A DNA stretch of 64,000 nucleotides from Nanobdellota archaeon (lineage in GTDB: Archaea > Aenigmatarchaeota > Aenigmatarchaeia > QMZP01). Below are positions 1 to 8,261 of this stretch, one piece after another. How positions within the stretch are numbered: the first letter of the stretch is position 1; the number at the start of each line of letters is the position of its first letter. The translations under genes and the position numbers were made by a program. Location: assembly GCA_018816245.1 (NCBI GenBank), contig JAHIVW010000003.1:389150-453149 (forward strand), read 5' to 3'. The notes beneath the pieces were generated by a model, which was given only the letters and a program-made list of their open reading frames with translations, did not search any database and was not told the DNA's origin.

Positions 1-1
1 C

Positions 2-679
2 AATGAATTCACCACGTTGCTGAATGCATGTGGGAAACTCGGTAACCCGGGTCTCGGGATTGCGTTATGCCTTGGTGATCCAACTGCGCCGCCGCTTATG
101 AAAAAGGTCCTCGCTTCCTACCGAAAGGAGATCGGTGAGGGCATCAGATGCTTCTATGCCAACCAAGAGACCCTACTGCTTGAGCGAGACAAGGGCCTTT
201 ATGTCCATGCCCGTGACCTGATTGGAGAACACATCATCTCGAACGTCATTTCCACCGTCCACAAGGCAGGTGTCCTGCCTGAAAAACCGGTTTTTGCACT
301 CGTTCACGCTGCTGACGGCGCAATAAAGGTCTCGGCCCGCGCAAGCGAGGCGCTCGTTGCACAAGGGCTCAACTTGGGAAAGATCCTTGCAGCAGCAGCA
401 GCGAAGGCGGGTGGTGAGGGTGGCGGCCATCGTGGTGCGGCAGGGGCGCTCATTCCGATCGCCAATGAGCACATGCTTATAAATAGTATTGAGGAAATAC
501 TGATGTCTCTTGGAGGCAGCCCAAAACCGGTTCCTGAACCGATTGCTGCCACTCCTGATACCTATGACCGAAGAAAACAAGACCGTGGAGAAGGAAGCAC
601 CCCAAGAGAAGAAAGTCGGCCCCGCCAAAAAGTGGAAAGGAAAGGACTGGTTCGTTATTTTGGCGCCGAAGATGTTTAA
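2..679 (+). CDS. DHH/DHHA1-family phosphoesterase (RecJ/GAN-like), C-terminal part; the 5' end lies outside the window
   Basis: The frame is open to the window edge. The DHHA1 signature GGGHRGAAGA is present near the C-terminus. The tail overlaps the S3Ae gene by about 116 nt. Confidence 0.7.
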   Translation, partial: NEFTTLLNACGKLGNPGLGIALCLGDPTAPPLMKKVLASYRKEIGEGIRCFYANQETLLLERDKGLYVHARDLIGEHIISNVISTVHKAGVLPEKPVFALVHAADGAIKVSARASEALVAQGLNLGKILAAAAAKAGGEGGGHRGAAGALIPIANEHMLINSIEEILMSLGGSPKPVPEPIAATPDTYDRRKQDRGEGSTPREESRPRQKVERKGLVRYFGAEDV

Positions 680-1208
680 CGAGCTCGCCATCGGCGAAAC
701 CCCGACCACTGACCCCAAGACGATTGTGGGACGCCAGGTCCAGGTCTCCATGACCGAGCTCGGGGGCAACCCGCAAAAATTCTACATGAAAATGAAGTTC
801 CGCATCACCGAGATTGCTGGCCGGAATGCCAAAACCGAGTTTAATGGATTTGAGCTGCTCCGGGAACACCTCATGAGAGTGGTCCGGAAGCGCACGCAAA
901 AGATCGAAACCATCTTGACAATCACAAGTAAGGACAAATGGAAGCTGCAGATCACATCACTGCTGGTGCTGAACCGACGGACTGACGCAACCATCAAGCA
1001 CGTTATTCGAAAACTGGTTACCGACACACTAACAGAAACGATTACCAAGAGCACGACGGAAGAATTCATCAAGAAGGTTGTTGATGGTTCCTTCCAAAAG
1101 AACCTGCGCAAAGAAGGAAGTAAACTCTATCCTATTCGCTTCTGTGAAATCGCGAAGATTGAGGTCCTCAAGACCCCGGCAGCCAAGCCGATCGCAGCAA
1201 CGGTGTAA
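564..1208 (+). CDS. rps3ae: 30S ribosomal protein S3Ae (eS1)
   Basis: KKWKGKDWFVILAPKMF is the typical S3Ae N-terminal motif. The internal Met at 564 (MTEENK) is preferred over the ORF-track start at 510. The length of about 214 aa fits. Confidence 0.9.
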   Translation: MTEENKTVEKEAPQEKKVGPAKKWKGKDWFVILAPKMFNELAIGETPTTDPKTIVGRQVQVSMTELGGNPQKFYMKMKFRITEIAGRNAKTEFNGFELLREHLMRVVRKRTQKIETILTITSKDKWKLQITSLLVLNRRTDATIKHVIRKLVTDTLTETITKSTTEEFIKKVVDGSFQKNLRKEGSKLYPIRFCEIAKIEVLKTPAAKPIAATV

Positions 1209-1210
1209 AT

Positions 1211-3400
1211 ATGGCGCGCGACATTGCCGGTGAAGTCAAGAAGTTGATGCGCCAGGTTGAACAGATTCGGAACATCGGCACGGTTGCGCACATCGACCAC
1301 GGCAAAACCACGTTGAGCGACAATCTGCTCGCTGGCGCAGGCATGATTTCTGAAGAACTTGCTGGCAAGCAGCAAATGATGGATTACGATCAGCAGGAAC
1401 AAGAACGGGGGATCACCATCTATGCTGCAAACGCAAGTATGATTCATGAAGTAGGGGGCAAGACCTACCTGATCAATTTGATTGATACCCCGGGCCACGT
1501 TGACTTTGGCGGTGACGTGACCCGCGCCATGCGCGCGGTCGATGGGGTGATTATCCTCACTGACGCAGTCGAAGGGGTTATGCCGCAGACCGAAACCGTG
1601 ATTCGGCAGGCAATCCGGGAGCGCGTCAAACCAATTCTGTTCATCAACAAGGTTGACCGGTTGATCAAGGAACTCAAACTCAGTCCCGAGGACATGCTCG
1701 AGCAGTTTAAAGGGATCATCAATGAAGTCAACCGACTAATCCAGCAGTACGCAGAAGACGCGTACAAAGATAAGTGGCTGGTCAATGTCAATGATGGTTC
1801 TGTTGCATTTGGCAGTGCCGTGCGCAAGTGGGCAGTCTCTGTGCCGTACATGAAGAAGACCGGCATTTCTTTCAAAGACGTCATTGATCACACAGAAAAA
1901 CAAGAAGAGGACGAACTTGCCAAGAAAGCGCCGCTGTACCGAATCGTCATGGATATGGTGGTCCACCACCTTCCGAATCCGAAAGAAGCGCAGACATACC
2001 GGATCAAAAAGATCTGGTCAGGTGATGCTGATTCTCAAGTCGGGAAGGACATGGCTGCCTGCAATCCCGAAGGGATCTTGGCAGGTGTGGTCACGAAGAT
2101 CTACCCCGATCCGCATGCTGGCTACGTCGCAACCGTTCGTATCTTTTCCGGGAAGATTGAACGCGGCCAGGAAGTCTACATGGTTTCCCGCTTGAAATCA
2201 GGAAAGGTCCAGCAAGTTTCTATTTACAAAGGTGGCCAACGCCTCGCCATGGAAGAAGTGGTCGCCGGGAACATTGTCGGCGTCGTTGGTCTCAAAGATG
2301 CATTCTCTGGTGAAACCCTCACCGCTGTGGGGAACGATATGCCCGGCTTCGAAGCAATCAAGCACATCTTCGAACCCGTTGTCACCAAGGCCATCGAACC
2401 CAAGCAACCGAAGCAGCTCAGCAAGTTTATTGCATTCCTGAAGCAGACCGGCCGGGAAGACCCGACCCTGCAGGTCAAGATCAACGAAGATACCGGCGAG
2501 TACCTGGTGTCCGGATTGGGTGAACTCCACCTCGAGGCAAAGGTTGAGCGCAAGCTCAAGGAAGAAGGGATCGAGGTCGATGTCTCCCCGCCGATCGTGA
2601 TTTACAATGAATCGATTAAAGGGACAACACCCGGACCAGTCGAAGGGAAGAGTCCAAACAAACACAACCGGTTCTACGTCACCGCAGAGCCGGTTCCCAA
2701 GGCGGTCTACGACGCCATGCTCAAGGGCGACTTGCCCAGCGATTACGAAGTGAAGAAGAAAGATCAGGAGTTGCTTGACAAGCTCGTGAATCTCGGCATG
2801 GACCGGGACATTGTTAAGAAGATCAAACTGATTCATAACAGGAACATTTTGCTCGACACCACCTACGGCGTCCAATCAATTCTTGAAATTATGGAAATGG
2901 TCAAGGAAGCGTTCAGGGAAGCCACGAACGAAGGACCGCTTGCACGCGAACCTGTCACGGGCGTTCTTGTGAAAATGACTGATGCAAAGCTGCACGAGGA
3001 CGCGATCCACCGCGGTCCGGCGCAAGTGATCCCTGCGATCAGAAAGGCGGTCCGCAACGCCATGATCGGCGCCAAGACGTTCATCTTCGAGCCAAAACAG
3101 ATCATCCGCATTGATGTTCCCACAGAACAGCTTGGCGGCGCCAGCAAGGAAGTGAACAACCGGCGCGGCCAGATCATGGAAATGAAGGAAGAGCGCGGGG
3201 TCACGAGCATTACCACGAAACTCCCGGTCGCGGAGATGTTCGGGTTCAACTCTGCCCTGAAAAGTGCAACAGGCGGCCTCGGCTTCTACTGGCTGATCGA
3301 CATTGTCTACGAACCGCTGCCCAAGGAACTTGAAGCGAAGGTGATTGCCGGCATCAAACAGCGGAAAGGGATCAAGGACGACACTGAGGAAGAAGAGTAA
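1211..3400 (+). CDS. fusA: Translation elongation factor 2 (aEF-2)
   Basis: GTPase motifs AHIDHGKTT, DTPGHVDF and NKVDR are present. The 729-aa length and acidic C-terminus fit. It starts 3 nt after the S3Ae stop. Confidence 0.97.
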   Translation: MARDIAGEVKKLMRQVEQIRNIGTVAHIDHGKTTLSDNLLAGAGMISEELAGKQQMMDYDQQEQERGITIYAANASMIHEVGGKTYLINLIDTPGHVDFGGDVTRAMRAVDGVIILTDAVEGVMPQTETVIRQAIRERVKPILFINKVDRLIKELKLSPEDMLEQFKGIINEVNRLIQQYAEDAYKDKWLVNVNDGSVAFGSAVRKWAVSVPYMKKTGISFKDVIDHTEKQEEDELAKKAPLYRIVMDMVVHHLPNPKEAQTYRIKKIWSGDADSQVGKDMAACNPEGILAGVVTKIYPDPHAGYVATVRIFSGKIERGQEVYMVSRLKSGKVQQVSIYKGGQRLAMEEVVAGNIVGVVGLKDAFSGETLTAVGNDMPGFEAIKHIFEPVVTKAIEPKQPKQLSKFIAFLKQTGREDPTLQVKINEDTGEYLVSGLGELHLEAKVERKLKEEGIEVDVSPPIVIYNESIKGTTPGPVEGKSPNKHNRFYVTAEPVPKAVYDAMLKGDLPSDYEVKKKDQELLDKLVNLGMDRDIVKKIKLIHNRNILLDTTYGVQSILEIMEMVKEAFREATNEGPLAREPVTGVLVKMTDAKLHEDAIHRGPAQVIPAIRKAVRNAMIGAKTFIFEPKQIIRIDVPTEQLGGASKEVNNRRGQIMEMKEERGVTSITTKLPVAEMFGFNSALKSATGGLGFYWLIDIVYEPLPKELEAKVIAGIKQRKGIKDDTEEEE

Positions 3401-3410
3401 GCCCTTTTCA

Positions 3411-5696
3411 TCATTTTATTGTTTCTTCCGGTGGCGTACCAACGACGACACCCGCGTTCTTTTTACAAACGCATTGACTTGTATCACATTCGTATGTTGG
3501 ACCAAGTGTTTTGCAGGCATCCTCTTTCACACATCTCCAATTCGCTTCACCAGTATGTTTAGGGTAATCAGGATCGTCACTAAGACCGTCCCCATCTTGG
3601 TCATTTCCTACACAACTTACCAAGTGAAGCTCCTCTCGCTGTTTTCGGAATTCATCAAAGACCTCCTTGTGTGGCTCCACACCTTCCTCACAGAGAGCGG
3701 TAAGAGGGTTCCCCTGAAAATAGGTTGTTAGTACTTCGCAAAGAGTCATACAAGTACATACATTAATCATATCAGGAGGAATTGAGAATTCGACGACAGG
3801 ATATTGCCCTTGTGCTTCTTGTTGATCGTAGATGGCATCAATACTATCCCACCACTCCTCTGCTGAATCAAAGTTATATGTTGGGAGTGGCCAGGGAATG
3901 CTGTATTTCTTTTCATCGCCTACTATGTTTCCATTCACATCAACATCGTAATATCTCCATACCGGACAATAAGAGCAGAGGCAGGGTTCTTCCCATGGCC
4001 AAACTATTGTCGCTTCCTGTGGCTCGAAGGAAGTAGCGAAATGAGTTTCTGTTTCCTCTTTTGATATTGGTCTACCTTTATCGTCAGCACCGAGGCTCAA
4101 ATAACGATCTCCACATATGTTGCCAATTTTCGAATAAACATCTCTATACACTCCTAAGTATCCCGGCAAGAGACCCACCGAGCAACCATGACCTGATATA
4201 ACTAGTTTTGTCATCTCATTAATTTTTGTTCCCCCTGTAGAGGCCCAAAACATCATATTGTTTTTGTCGTTACTATGTTGTATTCCATATGAATGGATTA
4301 ATTCATGTTGTAGGGTGGCAGTCAATTTGTCTTCATTGAAGTGCCATCGATTATTCCAGAACTCAATGAATTGTTTATACGCTAATACCAATACACCTTC
4401 TTGTCGGTTGTATAACGATGTTGCAAACAAAGGTGTCCCTCTTGCATCATTTCCAAAGTATATTTTATCTACAACAATAACTGGTATCTTTTGGGGATTG
4501 TTTCTTTTGAGGTACCTTTCATACGCTCCTATTTTTTTAACATTAGAAGGAACAGTTCCAACGTACCATATTTCTCCTTTATCTGTCAGGAGGAATCCTG
4601 CAGGATTCGATACTGCGGGATTTATTATTTCGAATTGATCTGCTGTTGGTGCAATCATAGGTGGGGGGATGAATTTTCCTTCAGTTACAGCATTTCGCAA
4701 TATATCAAATGATTTAGCAAATCCTTGGGGAATAATTGTTTTGAAGGCATCCTCTCCGTAAACATCTCCTAAATTGCTGCCGTGCCAGAAGACTTTCACT
4801 GGTCCAATTTCAAGGGGCATACACGAAGAAGATGCACTGATAGGAGGACCAAGAGGGACTTCTGTAGCTTCCTCAACATATTGATAAAATGCAAATGAAC
4901 GTTTCCAAAGTAGGTTTCTCAACTCTTCCCATGTCATATCACCTTCCTCATTAAGAACAGCAAATGCGAGATTTCCCCCATCACTTACCAAGACAACAGG
5001 TTTCATATTGTCAGGGAGCTCTGGGAGGGTGATTGTATAACCGCTTCCTGTTGGTGTAATAGTTACCTCAATGTCAGAAAGTTCCCCTGTATATAAATTT
5101 CCTGTAAATACCGAAATTTCGGCTGGAGGTCGAACATCATTTATTTGAAGAGAAAAAATATTATTCCCTTCATATTCTACAGCTAGTTCAGGGGTTGTGA
5201 TATCAAGTGTGATTGTTTTTGTTGTACTAACTGAACTTCCATCAGCGAAGTCAATCTGTGCACCAAGTATATGAGAGCCGTCCCCCAAATAAAGGAGGGG
5301 TTCAAGAATGTAATCAAAAACAATGATGATATCGTTTCCTTCGGGGTACAATTGATACTCGTCATCTTGTTGTATATAATTATCAATAATAAATGTTACA
5401 TCAGTAATCAAATCTGGATCAAGTGGTGGAGATCCAAAATTTGGTGAAAGTGTCAACGAGAGGCTATCGGAAGGAATGCCTGTGTTAAATACAATATCAT
5501 CATGATTAATCACAATGAGGGGGTTTGTTGACTTTTTTGTGTTGAAGGAGGCGGCAGTGGGGAAATTTTCCAAAGATCGCCGATAAGAAGATTTGAACCA
5601 AAAATTACGAACGTGAGGAAAATAATAAAGACAATACCGACGATAAATGGTTTGTTTGGGAACGAAGAATTCTTGGAACGAGACATGCTTTAACAA
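3411..5696 (-). CDS. Secreted metzincin-type zinc metalloprotease with a C-terminal TSP3-like Ca-binding/Cys-rich region; the N-terminus is probably frameshifted
   Basis: HELIHSYGIQH matches the metzincin consensus HExxHxxGxxH, followed by NNMMF as a possible Met-turn. NDQDGDGLSDDPD resembles a thrombospondin type 3 repeat. The ORF-track start is a TTG with no signal peptide. A perfect ATG-initiated signal anchor lies in the +1 frame at 5510..5686. Confidence 0.7.
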   Translation of the reverse strand: MLKHVSFQEFFVPKQTIYRRYCLYYFPHVRNFWFKSSYRRSLENFPTAASFNTKKSTNPLIVINHDDIVFNTGIPSDSLSLTLSPNFGSPPLDPDLITDVTFIIDNYIQQDDEYQLYPEGNDIIIVFDYILEPLLYLGDGSHILGAQIDFADGSSVSTTKTITLDITTPELAVEYEGNNIFSLQINDVRPPAEISVFTGNLYTGELSDIEVTITPTGSGYTITLPELPDNMKPVVLVSDGGNLAFAVLNEEGDMTWEELRNLLWKRSFAFYQYVEEATEVPLGPPISASSSCMPLEIGPVKVFWHGSNLGDVYGEDAFKTIIPQGFAKSFDILRNAVTEGKFIPPPMIAPTADQFEIINPAVSNPAGFLLTDKGEIWYVGTVPSNVKKIGAYERYLKRNNPQKIPVIVVDKIYFGNDARGTPLFATSLYNRQEGVLVLAYKQFIEFWNNRWHFNEDKLTATLQHELIHSYGIQHSNDKNNMMFWASTGGTKINEMTKLVISGHGCSVGLLPGYLGVYRDVYSKIGNICGDRYLSLGADDKGRPISKEETETHFATSFEPQEATIVWPWEEPCLCSYCPVWRYYDVDVNGNIVGDEKKYSIPWPLPTYNFDSAEEWWDSIDAIYDQQEAQGQYPVVEFSIPPDMINVCTCMTLCEVLTTYFQGNPLTALCEEGVEPHKEVFDEFRKQREELHLVSCVGNDQDGDGLSDDPDYPKHTGEANWRCVKEDACKTLGPTYECDTSQCVCKKNAGVVVGTPPEETIK

Positions 5697-5783
5697 TTTA
5701 GCTTTTTGTTTTTAAATTCATCCTCACATAGGGTCAAGAATGAAAATGGGAGCTTTTTAGTTCCCAATCCAATTTGACAGAAG

Positions 5784-6374
5784 ATGATCCGTTTCCCAAA
5801 AAAATATCAGAAGCTCGTCAATACGAACAAGAACACGAAACGCCTGAACAGCACCCTCACTTTTTTGGTTCGCCTGCTCGTGCTCTCGATTCCGCTCTAT
5901 ATCATCCTCTTCTTCATTGACTTCTTCCCGATCCAGGAGATGACCGCGATTCATTCAGTCGCGATCCTCCAAGCACTCGGCATCTGGTGGGCACGGGAGG
6001 GAGCAACGGTCACGATCCTGAGCGGGACCGACTTCTTTACGTTCATCATTTCTCCGGACTCCACGGCATGGAAAAGTCTCGTGTTCCTCGTTGCTCTCGT
6101 TGTCGCGGTCCCCAAGATTGATCTCGAGAAACGGGTCTTCGGCCTCGCGATCGGCCTGCCGATTGTCTGGCTTGTCAACATCGGCCGGGTTCTTGCTATT
6201 ATTGGTGCGGAACAAACCTTCGGCCGGGATGCAGCGCTCCTCACGCACGACGTGTTGTGGCGCTTCGGGTTGATTGCCCTTGTTCTTGGAATCTGGATCG
6301 TCTGGCTTCGGTTCTCGTTGCCAAAGAAAAAGTCATTCTTCAATCGACGAAAAGGCGCGCACCACTACTTCTGA
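5784..6374 (+). CDS. Archaeosortase/exosortase-family membrane protein (small variant) with an apparent Ser in place of the catalytic Cys
   Basis: A polytopic 196-aa protein. ISPDSTAWKSL aligns by eye with the exosortase motif xxACSGxRSL. NIGRV corresponds to the conserved N..R motif. THDVLW supplies the conserved His. Confidence 0.55.
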   Translation: MIRFPKKYQKLVNTNKNTKRLNSTLTFLVRLLVLSIPLYIILFFIDFFPIQEMTAIHSVAILQALGIWWAREGATVTILSGTDFFTFIISPDSTAWKSLVFLVALVVAVPKIDLEKRVFGLAIGLPIVWLVNIGRVLAIIGAEQTFGRDAALLTHDVLWRFGLIALVLGIWIVWLRFSLPKKKSFFNRRKGAHHYF

Positions 6375-7691
6375 CAAAGCCGGGTGGATGTGCACGGTGT
6401 TCGTGATGGACGACACATGATTCTTGATTTTCATTGCCACGAGCACTTCATGGATCAGGGTCGAGGCTTCTGGACCAAGAATATGACAGCCGAGGATCTT
6501 CCCCTGAGGACTCGCGAGCACTTTCACGAACCCGTCTTCCCGCAACGCCAAGCCCATGCCCGTGTTCTTGTACTCGTACCGGCCGACCCGGTACGGGATC
6601 TTTTTTTCCTGCAGCTGCTCTTCGGTCATGCCCACACCCGCAATCTGCGGCGTCGTGAAAATGGCGTGTGGCATTGCGGTATAGTCAACGGGCTTTTTTG
6701 TTTTTCCAAGCACGTTCTGTGCTACAGATGCTGCCTCAAGGTTCGCAGAATGTTTGAAAAAATACTTCCCGGCAATGTCACCGAGTGCCCAGATGTCCTT
6801 CACGGACGTCTCCATATACTTGTTGACAACAACGTAGCCACGCGTGTCGGTTTTCACCCCCATCTTGGCAACATCAAGGATATCCGTATTCGGTATTCTC
6901 CCAAGCGCAACCAACAGCTGTTCTGCGCGAAGCGTTTTCTTGGCGCCGCCTGCCGTTGGTTTCACCACAACCGTAAAGGTCTTGTTCGCATAGGACACGG
7001 ATTCAACAAGATGCTGCAGCAAGACCTTGTGCCGTTGCTGAAACGCCTTCGTGAACGCCTCACCAATGGCTTTGTCCTCGCGGGGGAGCAAGCGGACATT
7101 CCGCTGCACGACAGTGACCTTGGTTCCCAAGGCACCAAAGAAGTGGGCGAGTTCACTGGCAATATAGCCGCCGCCGAGCACGATCATGGTTTTCGGCTGC
7201 TTAGTTAACCGAAGGGCCTCGGTGCTGGTCAGGTACGGTGTCTTCTCAAGACCAGGAAGGGGGACAATCGACGGTCGCGTTCCTGCGGCGATCACCACTT
7301 TCTTCGCGGTGATGGTCTTGTTGCCGACGCGGAGTGTCTTCGGGCCGACAAACGTGCCTCGTCCCTTGAACACCGTGATGTTTGGATGCTCCCGGTTCCC
7401 TGCTTCGATCATTTTTGCTTCATGATCAACGGTCCGTGATACCCATTGCACCAGCACGCGATAGTCGACCAGTTTCATGGTGACTGACAAGCCATGTTTT
7501 CCTGCGGTCCGAATCATTTCAGCAAGATCAGCAGGATGAATCAGCATCTTTGAGGGAATGCAGCCCCGGTTCAGGCAAGTACCACCGAATGGCCCCTCTT
7601 CGACCACGGCGACCTTCAATCCTCGGTCCGCGGCTGCGGCAGAGACCGTGAGTCCTGATCCTGCTCCAATCACAAGCACATCGAATTGCAT
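6333..7691 (-). CDS. Class I pyridine nucleotide-disulfide oxidoreductase (dihydrolipoyl dehydrogenase/glutathione reductase-like)
   Basis: VLVIGAGSG is the FAD-binding fold. GGTCLNRGCIPSK is the redox-active disulfide motif. A second Rossmann motif GGGYIASE is present. The start at 7691 is preceded by GAGGAGG and is preferred to 7724. Confidence 0.85.
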   Translation of the reverse strand: MQFDVLVIGAGSGLTVSAAAADRGLKVAVVEEGPFGGTCLNRGCIPSKMLIHPADLAEMIRTAGKHGLSVTMKLVDYRVLVQWVSRTVDHEAKMIEAGNREHPNITVFKGRGTFVGPKTLRVGNKTITAKKVVIAAGTRPSIVPLPGLEKTPYLTSTEALRLTKQPKTMIVLGGGYIASELAHFFGALGTKVTVVQRNVRLLPREDKAIGEAFTKAFQQRHKVLLQHLVESVSYANKTFTVVVKPTAGGAKKTLRAEQLLVALGRIPNTDILDVAKMGVKTDTRGYVVVNKYMETSVKDIWALGDIAGKYFFKHSANLEAASVAQNVLGKTKKPVDYTAMPHAIFTTPQIAGVGMTEEQLQEKKIPYRVGRYEYKNTGMGLALREDGFVKVLASPQGKILGCHILGPEASTLIHEVLVAMKIKNHVSSITNTVHIHPALSEVVVRAFSSIEE

Positions 7692-7732
7692 GCCTCCTCT
7701 TTGGGGAGGAGGATAAAAAAACACACATGACC

Positions 7733-8188
7733 TTAGGTCCGGTTAATAACAACGCCACCCAGTCCCCTGGCAGCAAATGTGTGGAGCATGTCTGCAATAG
7801 AATTCAGGATGCTTTGTGCCTCTCCTGCCTTCAGCCGGAGTTCCTTCGGTTCTTGAATTTCAAGCGCAGAGGGAGCGTAGTTCATCACAAGAAAGACGAG
7901 CACATCGTAGGAGGCGGTCAGCACCTCTAATTCAACAAGATTCCCGTACGCTTCCTTCACCGGGAGGTTCGGGGTCTCCTTCTTCTCCACGTCATGAAAC
8001 ACCTGCTTCACAATCTTTGTATTCTTCTCTCTTCCGAGCTTGACAACATGATTCTCGAGCGATTTCTTTGCTGCTTCCTCAGAGCTTGCCAGGACTTCAA
8101 TCATCATCCAACTCTTGATCCACCCGTCTTTGACCCGCTTTTGCACTTCTTTTTCGTCAACGAAGATGTCTGGCGTTCGCATAACCAC
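7733..8188 (-). CDS. Hypothetical cytoplasmic protein
   Basis: A 151-aa ORF with ordinary composition. It is divergent from the surface-protein gene at 8262. I recognise no motif. Confidence 0.5.
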   Translation of the reverse strand: MVMRTPDIFVDEKEVQKRVKDGWIKSWMMIEVLASSEEAAKKSLENHVVKLGREKNTKIVKQVFHDVEKKETPNLPVKEAYGNLVELEVLTASYDVLVFLVMNYAPSALEIQEPKELRLKAGEAQSILNSIADMLHTFAARGLGGVVINRT

Positions 8189-8261
8189 TCCTTGATCATG
8201 TGTCTATTAAAATGCCCCCTCACGAGCCGGCTATTTAATTGCCCCATTCTAACAATAACTC

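Noticed and set aside
510-563. The ORF-track start of the S3Ae gene at 510.
   Set aside because: The first 18 residues (MEAAQNRFLNRLLPLLIP) are not S3Ae-like and lengthen the overlap with the upstream gene. The Met at 564 gives the usual short basic N-terminus.
5533-5538. Programmed -1 ribosomal frameshift at the A6 run joining the signal anchor to the metzincin frame.
   Set aside because: In the upstream frame the sequence is not a canonical X-XXY-YYZ heptamer. I saw no obvious downstream stimulatory structure. A homopolymer indel is the simpler explanation.
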